This document shows, in pieces, positions 9,205-18,303 of a DNA stretch of 64,000 bases; position 1 is the stretch's first letter, and each line of letters opens with the position of its first letter. The stretch lies in IMG/VR virus record IMGVR_UViG_3300024500_000017; one strand, written 5' to 3'. The notes under the pieces were generated by a model. It saw nothing but the letters and a program-made list of their open reading frames with translations. It was not told the DNA's origin and did not search any database. The stretch is from an uncultured virus (IMG/VR IMGVR_UViG_3300024500_000017). Lineage: Duplodnaviria; Heunggongvirae; Uroviricota; Caudoviricetes. The position numbers and the translations under genes are program-made.

Positions 9205-10037
9205 GATATACCTCCACAAGTTTATACCGCTACGCTGGTGGTAAAAACACTATGAAAGATGAGATCATTAAGATTATTGATGAGATTCATCCTAATCTTA
9301 CATATATGATGTCACCTTTCATGGGTGGAGGTTGTATTGAACTTGCCCTTGCAGCAAGAGGTGTAAAAGTTCAAGCATATGATTTATTTCAACCTCTTGC
9401 TGATTTTTGGGAGATTCTAACCACAGAAGGTGGAAAGAGAATTGGAGAAGAAGCAGCAAAGCATTATCCTCTAAAAGATAGAGAACACTATAAGTCTTTT
9501 CTTCCTCTTTTAGAGAGTGATGATAAGTTCACCCGAGCATGGTCATTTTACATTTGCATCAAAGGTGCCTTTAGTGGAGATCTTGGTCACACATCAGAAT
9601 CATCCAGAAAGAATCTAAATCTTTCTGGTATTCATAAACTCATTGGGTTCTATAATCCAAACTTCTCATTTTCTTTTGGAAATTGTTTTGATACAATACC
9701 AAAGCATCAGAATGATTTTATGTATTTGGATCCTCCTTATTATAAAACTACATCATACTATTATGGTATTGATGGAAGCACTCACGAAGGATTCAATCAC
9801 GATAAACTTTCTGATGTCTTGAAGCAACATAAAGGTGGGTTCGTGATGTCTTATGACAACACAGATTACCTTAAAGAACTTTATAAAGATTGGACAGAGT
9901 TTCGCTATTTGGAGTTTGATTATCAGATGGCAGGTGATGTAAGTTGCAGAGGAAAGAAAACGGAACTTATTATCATCAAACATCCAGAAGTGAAGGTGGA
10001 ATCTAATCCAAATGCACTAGAGAGTTTATTGTACTGA
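9201..10037 (+). CDS. dam: DNA adenine methyltransferase (Dam/D12 class)
   Basis: RYAGGK, SPFMGGG (SAM binding), YLDPPY catalytic motif. Confidence 0.92.
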   Translation: MRYTSTSLYRYAGGKNTMKDEIIKIIDEIHPNLTYMMSPFMGGGCIELALAARGVKVQAYDLFQPLADFWEILTTEGGKRIGEEAAKHYPLKDREHYKSFLPLLESDDKFTRAWSFYICIKGAFSGDLGHTSESSRKNLNLSGIHKLIGFYNPNFSFSFGNCFDTIPKHQNDFMYLDPPYYKTTSYYYGIDGSTHEGFNHDKLSDVLKQHKGGFVMSYDNTDYLKELYKDWTEFRYLEFDYQMAGDVSCRGKKTELIIIKHPEVKVESNPNALESLLY

Positions 10038-10094
10038 GGACAGTTGGGGAACTGTCCCACACATGCTCGCAGGGGTCGCAGGAGACCCTATACT
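10037..10094 (+). promoter_or_regulatory. palindrome-promoter cassette 2
   Basis: AGGACAGTT-GGGG-AACTGTCCC, 30 nt, TATACT. Confidence 0.8.
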
Positions 10095-10124
10095 TACAAA
10101 GTAATCAACGGAGACAACTCTCAA

Positions 10125-10544
10125 ATGGCAACCCGAGCACGAATTGGTCTTGAACTCTCTGACGGATCTATTCTTTCTGCTTACCACCATTGGGATGGTT
10201 ATCCTGAATGGTTGGGTCGTATTCTCCGTACCCATTACAACACCCGTCAGAAAGTTGCCGAACTGATTGATGGTGGTGATATGTCTTGCTGTTGGACTGA
10301 TGATCACTTCCGCACTTCTGAAGGTGTAGAAAAGAAATCTGAATATGGTCCTCAGTATTACTCTGAGCGTGGTGAAGATTGCCCCCCTCGCCTTGATGCT
10401 AACAAATATGAGTATCTTGCTGAGGGTGAAGAGTATGCTTACATCTACACTCTGAAAGGTGAGTGGGTATGCTATGATCGTCACCAGTGGGGAACTAAAA
10501 TGCCTGAAGTTGTTGAAATCCCCTCTGCTGCCCTTGCTGTTTAA
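10125..10544 (+). CDS. phage hypothetical protein (YxHWDGYP motif)
   Basis: ATG at 10125 after GGAG; MATRARIG...YHHWDGYPEWLG. Confidence 0.8.
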   Translation: MATRARIGLELSDGSILSAYHHWDGYPEWLGRILRTHYNTRQKVAELIDGGDMSCCWTDDHFRTSEGVEKKSEYGPQYYSERGEDCPPRLDANKYEYLAEGEEYAYIYTLKGEWVCYDRHQWGTKMPEVVEIPSAALAV

Positions 10545-10561
10545 TTCTTAGGTAAATTATT

Positions 10562-10969
10562 ATGAAACAACAAAACGGATTTATTGACCCTGCAGTTGCT
10601 GCTATTACTGTAGGTGTGGTAGTGATTGGTGGTCTTATCTTCATTGGTGGACCTCAATACAATGTGTGGCAACAATCTCTTGCTGGTAAAGCAGAACTGC
10701 AAAAAGCAGAATATACCCGACAGGTTGCTGTTTTGGAAGCACAAGCAAAGAAAGATTCAGCACAACAACTTGCTGATGCTGAAATTATCCGTGCCACTGG
10801 TGTTGCCAAGGCAAACCAAATCATTGGTGATTCGCTGAAAGATAATCGTGAGTATCTTCAGTATCTTTACATTACTGGTCTTGAAGAAGGATCTAACAAA
10901 GGTAATGTGACCATCTATGTTCCCACTGAAGGTGGTATGCCCGTTCCTACTCTTCAAATGAACAAATGA
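10562..10969 (+). CDS. membrane-anchored coiled-coil protein (SPFH/band-7-like C-terminus)
   Basis: N-terminal TM segment, then A/E/Q-rich coiled coil ending ANQIIGDSL...YLQYLYI. Confidence 0.6.
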   Translation: MKQQNGFIDPAVAAITVGVVVIGGLIFIGGPQYNVWQQSLAGKAELQKAEYTRQVAVLEAQAKKDSAQQLADAEIIRATGVAKANQIIGDSLKDNREYLQYLYITGLEEGSNKGNVTIYVPTEGGMPVPTLQMNK

Positions 10970-11312
10970 ACAAAAAGTACATTGTTGTTGGATTGATTGG
11001 TTTTGCAGTTATTCTTGGTTGGAATGTTTTCCTAATCCAGCGTGATGATGCAATGTATAAATCATATTATCGTCAACAAGCAACTCAACACCTAAAATGA
11101 TCCCAAAACGACTCCGCGACCTCATTAAACAAGCAGAAATGGACAAAGTAGCAGAAGAGTTTTGGAAAGAAATTGAGCGTGAAGCAGCAAAACTTGAAGT
11201 GACAGTTGACTATTATCTTGCAGAGTTTTACTGATGACTTTTCTACTTGGAATGGGACTAGGTTCTCTACTTACCATTGGGTTTGCATTTTTGATTGCTT
11301 CCGATGATGATG

Positions 11313-11341
11313 TTGACAATTCTATTCAATGACATTAAACT
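11313..11341 (+). promoter_or_regulatory. sigma70-type promoter
   Basis: TTGACA-17-TAAACT followed by GAGG and ATG 11365. Confidence 0.65.
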
Positions 11342-11364
11342 AAAGAGGTAATTTACAAAGACAA

Positions 11365-12537
11365 ATGACACAAAAGTTTCTTTACATCGTTGACCACTAC
11401 ATTCCTTTTCCATCTAGTGAATACGGTGGACTTTGGAATGTAATTGCCAAAGATGACAATGAATGTTTTGATTTAATTGCTGCGGAGGATGAAGGAAACT
11501 TCTATGAGCAACATTACACTACTCTTCGCGAAAATGTGTTAAACTCAAGGACTTATGCTCTTGCAGAAGATGTAGAATCTGTAGTAGTTGAATCTTTTAC
11601 GACCTGATGACTCACCATGTTGCTCACACCAATAAAATGGTGTTTGATTTGAAGAAACAGTATCAAGATCGCATTGAACAACTGCAAAGTAAAATTGCAG
11701 AACAAGAACACGAAATCTTACAACTGCAAAAACAAATTGAGTACATGTCGCGAGACAAGTTCTATGATTGCTGAGTTTCCTCATCATCCACCAAAGGGGT
11801 ATTCTTATGAGTTCGAAGAGTTTAAGCGCGGAGTTATTGCTATATGGTTGCATTGCCATCGCAAGTTTGATTACAATAATGGTGCTGCAACAAAAACCAT
11901 CTGGGGATTCTACAAGTCCAAGACCAGAGAATACTTCGCCCCCATCAATAGTAAAACCATCGGTGCTCGTGTAAATATCACGGACACGCGAAACTACACC
12001 GCAATGCCCATTAAACAATCTCCACTAGATGCGTTCTTTGTATGAAATACAAACCACAAGTCAATGATTATGTAGAATGGACAAAGGGTGTTGAAGGTTG
12101 GGTTTATTTTAAGGATGACGAATACATTACTATCGAGTACATTGTTCGTCCTAAAGATAAAGTAAACTATCATGCTTGCCCTATTCATGCAAACGAAAGA
12201 TTGCTTGTGGTTTGTTACAAAGAAGATTGGAAACAGTTGAAGTATGTTAAATCAAGACAATCAAAACATGAAGAAGAACAAGACTGCATGGCGCTGGTGG
12301 GCAAAAGCATTGGGTGAAAAGGCAAGCAAATGTGATAAAGAATCTGATAAGGTTGCAATTATTCGCACTTTTATATTTGCAACTTATTTGATTACTAATG
12401 CTTTTATTTGTGCTGGTGTGATTCGACATTGGAACGATGAAACTAAAATCGAAGTATTTGTTGAAACTCCCTCACAATTTGAATATCAAACTCCGAACCC
12501 ACTTCAAAAAGCAAATAGGACTCTTGAGTTTGAGTAA
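11365..12537 (+). other. operon of small hypothetical ORFs (11365-11607, 11607-11774, 11764-12045, 12042-12317, ~12268-12537)
   Basis: ORF track plus manual translation; overlapping starts and stops. Confidence 0.65.
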
Positions 12538-12538
12538 A

Positions 12539-12546
12539 AATAAATA
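12539..12546 (+). promoter_or_regulatory. T4-type late promoter
   Basis: AATAAATA 20 nt before ATG 12567. Confidence 0.7.
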
Positions 12547-12566
12547 ATCAAAAAAACAATAGACAA

Positions 12567-12992
12567 ATGTTGACATTCAAAGAGTTCTACGAAATTTGTG
12601 AAGGTAAAAAACCAAATACTCCACCACACGCAGTTCCTGGAACTTATAAAGAAGTTGATGGAGTAAAAAGTTACACTCTCCAGTCACATTCAGGTCCAGC
12701 AGGTAAACCAAAGAAAAAAGAAATAGAAAAACTCATTGTTAATCGTAGTGGCGGTGGTGCTGTAAAGAGAGAACTCAAGCGTAGAGAAAAAGCAGCGAAG
12801 AAGGTAAAGGAAGAGTTGCAGACTGAGCAAAGTCCAACAATGGAACCTAATTTGTATAACCAACAAGTTGCTAGACAATCTGCTACTTGGAAGGGGAAAC
12901 AGATTAGACAATCTCATGGAGAAATGCAAAGCAGAGCACAATCTGAACTTGCAGCAAAGAAGGCAAGACTCAAAGCAATTATGAGTCGCTAA
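12567..12992 (+). CDS. basic late protein, candidate head internal protein
   Basis: N-terminus MLTFKEFYEICE resembles the T4 capsid-targeting sequence; K/R-rich. Confidence 0.6.
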   Translation: MLTFKEFYEICEGKKPNTPPHAVPGTYKEVDGVKSYTLQSHSGPAGKPKKKEIEKLIVNRSGGGAVKRELKRREKAAKKVKEELQTEQSPTMEPNLYNQQVARQSATWKGKQIRQSHGEMQSRAQSELAAKKARLKAIMSR

Positions 12993-13017
12993 ATTATTCA
13001 CTTTTGACATCTAATTC

Positions 13018-13686
13018 ATGACTACTGCCCAAATCATTGCAGGAACCGAAGCAAAGCGCATCGGTCATCTTAATGAACAGCGCATTTGTGATTGGTTGAA
13101 TACTAAAACTGCTGGTCATGTTGTTGATGGAAAACCCAAGACAAAGCAAGACATCATTAACAACGAAACTGGTGTTTCTTACAGTCTCAAATCTGTCAGT
13201 AAGAATCACACTCAATGTCACCTAACTTCTACTGAAAGGTGGTGTGAGTTTTTTAACATTGCTGGAGATCTCCGTCTGTGGTTTGATTCTTTCTTTGGTA
13301 TTCCTGGAAAAGATGTAAGCAAAGGTCAAAGTCGTCAACATCGACTCACTAAAAGTCAAATTGATGATGGATACAATGATTGGGCGATTGAATGGTTCAA
13401 TCAACACAAACTTGAAATCTTCGATGTGATTGTCCGCCGCGGCATGAGCGACACTCCAGTTGATTATTTGATTTGGTTTGATAAACCTACTACTAATACT
13501 CAAGTGTACTCTGTTGAAGATCTTGAGCAACTGGTGTATAATGGACAATGGGTATTGAATGAGACCACACTACATTTTATTGACTCAAATGGCAATAAAA
13601 TGTTTCATCTTCAAATGAAAGGTTCGGGTAAAAAATATACCTCTGGTTATCATGGATTGATGTTTCATATTTACAAAACTTTCTAA
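13018..13686 (+). CDS. restriction endonuclease-like protein (PD-(D/E)xK, MspI/HinP1I-like)
   Basis: GHLNE...KQDII...YSLKS...TQCH...HLQMKG...LMFHI. Confidence 0.65.
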   Translation: MTTAQIIAGTEAKRIGHLNEQRICDWLNTKTAGHVVDGKPKTKQDIINNETGVSYSLKSVSKNHTQCHLTSTERWCEFFNIAGDLRLWFDSFFGIPGKDVSKGQSRQHRLTKSQIDDGYNDWAIEWFNQHKLEIFDVIVRRGMSDTPVDYLIWFDKPTTNTQVYSVEDLEQLVYNGQWVLNETTLHFIDSNGNKMFHLQMKGSGKKYTSGYHGLMFHIYKTF

Positions 13687-14264
13687 TGTTTTCTATTGAG
13701 TTAGTTACAACAAAAGCACAAAAGCAAGAAGTAAAAAATATCATCGAGAACTATCACAGTTATGTCGCATCTGCAGCATCTGTAGGTAGACGGATTGATT
13801 GGTTGATTTATTATACTCAGGAGGGTTTACTTCCTGAGTGTATTGGCATGATTGGACTTGGTTCTTCAGTATATCCACCACCGAAAGATTTGTTGAAAAA
13901 GGTAAATCTCAGTAAAGATGAATATCGAAAGGTTTTTAACAACTTCGCAAATAATTGGAGATTTTGCCTAAAGAGAAAGATACCCAATGCAGGCACACAG
14001 ATTTTGAAACTTGTTCGCAATTCTTGCCAAGAAGTATGGAAAGAAAAATATGGTGATGATCTATCGCATTTGCTCACATTTGTTGCAGGTGGAAACACTG
14101 GTGCAGTTTATAAAGCAGATAATTGGGAAGTTATAGGTGAAACCGCAGGACTTCCTGCCCACAAATCATCTTCAATGAAATGGGATAGTGGAGAACAATT
14201 AAAGCAAAAGTTTGTTAAACCTACTGGAGAAAACAAGAAAATCATACTTTATAAGAAACTTTGA
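13686..14264 (+). CDS. Mom-like / DUF4338 (DruA)-like GNAT-fold putative DNA-modification protein
   Basis: IENYHSY, GRRIDWL, IGMIGLGS, NNWRF, W..KYG, LLTFV, GAVYKADNWEVIGETAG. Confidence 0.65.
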   Translation: MFSIELVTTKAQKQEVKNIIENYHSYVASAASVGRRIDWLIYYTQEGLLPECIGMIGLGSSVYPPPKDLLKKVNLSKDEYRKVFNNFANNWRFCLKRKIPNAGTQILKLVRNSCQEVWKEKYGDDLSHLLTFVAGGNTGAVYKADNWEVIGETAGLPAHKSSSMKWDSGEQLKQKFVKPTGENKKIILYKKL

Positions 14265-14320
14265 GACAGTTCTCAAACTGTCACAAGACACTTGATTTCC
14301 ACACCAAGATCAGTTAAATT
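14263..14320 (+). promoter_or_regulatory. palindrome-promoter cassette 3
   Basis: GAGACAGTT-CTCA-AACTGTCAC; TTGATT-17-TAAATT. Confidence 0.8.
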
Positions 14321-14346
14321 ACATTTGTTCAGTCAAGGAGCACTTC

Positions 14347-14696
14347 ATGAACACCTTTGATGATTTCCAAATTGAAGAATCTGATGGTTTCGACTTTGCA
14401 GAAGCATCTTATGATGGACTCTTTGATGAAGTCGAAGATGAGGAAAAGTCTTTCAATTCTTTTCTAAACTCCAACTACGATTATTGATTATGACTGATAC
14501 TGTAAATGTTCTGCCACATCTTCAAGAACTGAAAGATGCTTGGCGTCGTCAAGATTTTATTTTTACGAAACAGCAACAAGAAGAGTACAACATGTTGATT
14601 GCTGCTCGCCGTGAAAGGGTAAAATACTTTTACGATAATGATTTGGTGTGCAAAATCAGCAAATCTGCTCAAGATAAGATGAAAGAGGACAATTAA
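14347..14696 (+). other. two small hypothetical ORFs (acidic 14347-14487; 14490-14696)
   Basis: AAGGAG RBS before 14347; ORF track. Confidence 0.6.
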
Positions 14697-14744
14697 ACAA
14701 CTGTCACGCAGGAACCCACAAGGTTCCTGTTTTTGTTTTATGAT
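14686..14744 (+). promoter_or_regulatory. palindrome-promoter cassette 4, containing a terminator-like hairpin
   Basis: AGGACAATT-AAAC-AACTGTCAC; CAGGAACC/GGTTCCTG + T-run; TATGAT. Confidence 0.75.
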
Positions 14745-14765
14745 CAACCTGTGACTCAAACACCA

Positions 14766-15662
14766 ATGCAAAACAAGCACATCGAACATCCTGAAGATAC
14801 CATCTTGACTGGTGATCTTTCAGTTCTTGATTGGTTCACTGCCGATTCTCATGTCAGTGTCAAGATTGATGGCGCTCCTGCTATTGTGTGGGGTCGCAAT
14901 CCTGCTAACGGTAAGTTTTTTGTTGGCACCAAATCTGTGTTCAACAAAGTAAAAATTAAAATCAATCATTCTCATGAAGAAATTGATCAAAACCATGAAG
15001 GTAAAGTTGCGACTATTCTTCATGCTTGCTTTGATAGTCTACCTCGCACAAGTCATATCTATCAAGGTGATTTTATTGGTTTTGCTGGGAGTGATACTTA
15101 TTGCCCCAACACGATCACTTACAAGTTCCCTGAGGTGATTGAGCAAAGTGTAATCATTGCCCCTCACACTGAGTATGATTGTGAAGATGATCTTCGCAAT
15201 GCTGTTGCATATCCTATCAGCAAACAGTTTGCTGATACTCTGGATGTGAAATGGGTGCAACCAGAAGCATCTATTTGTCCTTATCGCGAAGACATCGAAG
15301 ACTTCTGCAAGTTTGCTAAACAAATGAGCACTCTTTGCACCTTTGTGAATGATAAACAAGCAAAAGAACTCAAAAAAGTCATCAATTCCTACATCCGCGA
15401 GGGTAGTGAGGTGGATGAGCATGAAATTGCAGAAAATTATGATGTTGACATCAACCTGCTTCGTTTGTGGAAGTTGATTGAGTCTATCAAAATGGACATG
15501 TTCTTTTACATTGAATGTGACACTGACATTCGATGTGAAATTGATGGTGGAATCAGTGATCATGAAGGTTATGTCATGCACAATGAGTTTGGAAGTTACA
15601 AGATTGTAAATCGTGATGAGTTTTCTCATCAAAACTTTGCTCTTCCTAAGCAATGGACTTAA
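14766..15662 (+). CDS. DUF6267-like protein with a KxDG nucleotidyltransferase/ligase-type motif
   Basis: NKHIEHPED, VKIDGAPAIVWG, YQGD, EGYV, KIVNRDEFS. Confidence 0.65.
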   Translation: MQNKHIEHPEDTILTGDLSVLDWFTADSHVSVKIDGAPAIVWGRNPANGKFFVGTKSVFNKVKIKINHSHEEIDQNHEGKVATILHACFDSLPRTSHIYQGDFIGFAGSDTYCPNTITYKFPEVIEQSVIIAPHTEYDCEDDLRNAVAYPISKQFADTLDVKWVQPEASICPYREDIEDFCKFAKQMSTLCTFVNDKQAKELKKVINSYIREGSEVDEHEIAENYDVDINLLRLWKLIESIKMDMFFYIECDTDIRCEIDGGISDHEGYVMHNEFGSYKIVNRDEFSHQNFALPKQWT

Positions 15663-15668
15663 TAAATA
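15661..15668 (+). promoter_or_regulatory. T4-type late promoter
   Basis: AATAAATA 20 nt before ATG 15689. Confidence 0.7.
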
Positions 15669-15688
15669 CCTAAAAAGTGTTTGTTAAG

Positions 15689-16039
15689 ATGTCAAAGGAT
15701 CAAACAGAAGTAGGAATCACTGGCAAACCCATCCCAAAACCAAGAACTTTTGAGGAGTTTATGAGCATTTGTGAAGCAAAAGTTCCATTCGCTCGTGATG
15801 CTGGCAATTTCAAGTATCCTAAGAAAACTGGTGAAGAAAAGGCACTGAATAAAGCAGAGCGCCTAAGTCAGTCTCAAAGTGCTAAAGATCGTCAAAGAGC
15901 AAATAAGATTCGCAAAACTACAAAAACAGTAGCAGATCGTGATACTGCACAAGCAAGATCTGATGCTATGACAACACATTATCGTTCGCAGCAGAAAAGA
16001 GCAAATAAACTTGCTCGCGGCGCCGACAGTGACACCTGA
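15689..16039 (+). CDS. basic late protein, candidate head internal protein
   Basis: RTFEEFMSICE motif near the N-terminus; K/R-rich helical body. Confidence 0.6.
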   Translation: MSKDQTEVGITGKPIPKPRTFEEFMSICEAKVPFARDAGNFKYPKKTGEEKALNKAERLSQSQSAKDRQRANKIRKTTKTVADRDTAQARSDAMTTHYRSQQKRANKLARGADSDT

Positions 16040-16087
16040 TTAACTGTCCACCAGGCGCACCAGAATCGCCTCTGATGCGCTTATACT
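16029..16087 (+). promoter_or_regulatory. palindrome-promoter cassette 5
   Basis: GTGACACCT-GATT-AACTGTCCA; TATACT. Confidence 0.75.
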
Positions 16088-16115
16088 GACTTTGTTGAAT
16101 CAAACCACGCAACCG

Positions 16116-17683
16116 ATGGTATTTCACTACACTACCAACTGGAAGGAAGGTAAAGTGAATCAAATGTGGATTCAGGAGGTTGGTAAGAACCTTTATGTTG
16201 CTGTTGCATACAATCCCGAAAGAAACAGCAGCATGGTGGTGAGCAATCCTCGCTGCTACAATGATACCCTTGATTGGGTTTGTCGTTGGTGTGGCACTTT
16301 CTCTATTCTTCCCACTGCTTGCTGATTATGAACAACTATCGACTCTTGATTGAGTATAAAGTCCCCAACAGTGCAGAGACTTATTATGAAGAAACATTCA
16401 TTAAGTCTCGTTCATCTTGTGGCAAGATTGCAGACGATTACCTAGCACGAGATCGCACAAATCTTATCCGCTCTGTTGAAGTTACCCCTGTTTGATTATG
16501 TATCGCACTCTTTCTGAACTTCGTGACTCTATCAACCAAATGATTGAGAGTCAAGGTGAGAACGCTCCCTGTGCTGCGTTTGTATTCACTCAACACGATG
16601 TTGTTGAGTTTGATGGTGAGGACAATCAAGAGAAGTATTTTTCTTCTCTTTTCACTCAAGATGTGCTCGCTGATGTAGGTGGTTCCGACTACATTTACGA
16701 ACAGATTGGTGAGGTGATTGATGATTCAATCCGTGACCGTAAGGGTCTGGCAATCTACGCAAACTGATTATGACTAACAAAACGCAACTTTTTGAGTTTC
16801 TGTATGAAACTTGCAAAAAGAATAATGGTGTCTTAGAAGATACTTTGCGTAACTACATTGACTCCTTAGATGAGGTGGAACTTTGCGAACTTGAGGATTT
16901 TCTTGTCAACAACTTTGGAGATGATTGATGACTGACGGTTACACTTTCAATCGCGTTAATTTTACTCCTAATGAGGAAACTTGCATCCTTAAGTTTCTCA
17001 ATCAAGCACGAGAATGTGGGTATCCTAGTGCAAACGAAGAATGGTATCCTGTGATTGATTCTATCATTCAAAAGTTTTTCAATTCTAACATCAAAGAAGC
17101 ACAACACTGGCAAACACTATGAAGTACATTGTTGATCTGTATGTTGGTGGCAAAGTCTTTAAGGAAGAGGTGTATGCTAACTCTCCTAAAGATGCAAGAG
17201 AAACTGCTACTGCACGAAATCCAAAAGCAAAAGTAATTGGTGTAAATGTGAGTTTCAAATGAATTACCTTTGTTTGATTGATGGTCTGGTAGAGTTTGCT
17301 AGTTCCGATCCTAGTTCTTTTGCACATTATCAGTTAGTGTATGCTGAAGAGCACAAAAATGCTAATGTTCAGTATCTTACTCTCACAGATGAAGAGTATG
17401 ATGAAATGTTCCCTTATGAAGAGGATGAATGACTTACTCTAACCTCTCAAAGATTCGCCCTAAACTGAGAACAACTGGGCGTGTCTCAGGTAACTTTGGA
17501 AAATCGAAAGTTGTTGCAGGTTCATCACTCAATGACATCGGTGGTGATGGTAACATTGGTGCAACACAGAATGAGTATCTGAATCGACTGTATTATGCTT
17601 TTGATAACACTACCGAACCTAAACTTCGTCAGTTCATTTATCAAGAAATCAAAAAGATCCTCATTCAACAAAACAAATGGTGA
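16116..17683 (+). other. operon of about nine small hypothetical ORFs
   Basis: ORF track (16092, 16274, 16492, 16925, 17429 frames) plus shorter abutting ORFs. Confidence 0.6.
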
Positions 17684-17761
17684 CACTTATGAAAGTGGCA
17701 CAGTAAATGAGCACAGTGCTCAAAATGATGTATTCTTAAGAAGTTCAAGGGATTTCACCCA
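17680..17761 (+). promoter_or_regulatory. palindrome-promoter cassette 6 with conserved leader
   Basis: GTGACACTT-ATGA-AAGTGGCAC, 29 nt, TATTCT, AGAAGTTCAAGGGATTTCAC. Confidence 0.9.
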
Positions 17762-18205
17762 ATGACAACTGCTTTCGTTGATTTTCCTGCTCAACAACAA
17801 GCAAAGCAACAAATTGCTGAGAATGTTGTTAAGTACACTCAAATGCTGATTGAAGCACTCAAACAGAATTATGTTGAGTATTCTATTCGCGGTCATCAAA
17901 AGTTCGCGAATGATGCTGATACCCAAGAGTATCATCAGCGCAAGATTGATGAACTCAAGTCTGGAGAGTGCGACATTGATTATCAGGTAGAAACTGGTAA
18001 AAAGTATCACAAAGTGATTTTGGTTAATGGTGGCGGTTCCCGCAGTGTTCATTGCTTCATTGATAAGCAAACGGGAGAAGTTTATAAGTCTGCCAGTTGG
18101 AAGTCTCCTGCTAAAGGTGTTCGCTATGATTTGCGATTGATTACTGATCGTGAATATGTGCTTGAGAATTGCGATTGGTCGGGAGGATATTTGTACGCTC
18201 GTTGA
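17762..18205 (+). CDS. phage hypothetical protein
   Basis: GKKYHKV...SVHCFIDKQTGEVYKSASWKSPAKGVRY; directly after a cassette. Confidence 0.85.
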   Translation: MTTAFVDFPAQQQAKQQIAENVVKYTQMLIEALKQNYVEYSIRGHQKFANDADTQEYHQRKIDELKSGECDIDYQVETGKKYHKVILVNGGGSRSVHCFIDKQTGEVYKSASWKSPAKGVRYDLRLITDREYVLENCDWSGGYLYAR

Positions 18206-18222
18206 TATAAACTAAGAGAGGT

Positions 18223-18303
18223 GTGCCAGTTCGATTTCTGGCACACGCTCTGGTTTCCTGACCCAAAATCGTGTATTCTTAAGAAGTTCAAGGGATTTCA
18301 CCC
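18223..18303 (+). promoter_or_regulatory. palindrome-promoter cassette 7 with conserved leader
   Basis: GTGCCAGTT-CGAT-TTCTGGCAC, 29 nt, TATTCT, same leader. Confidence 0.9.

Noticed and set aside
13004..13009. TTGACA as the promoter of the nuclease/Mom-like pair
   Set aside because: Only 8 nt from the ATG, leaving no room for a -10 box and leader
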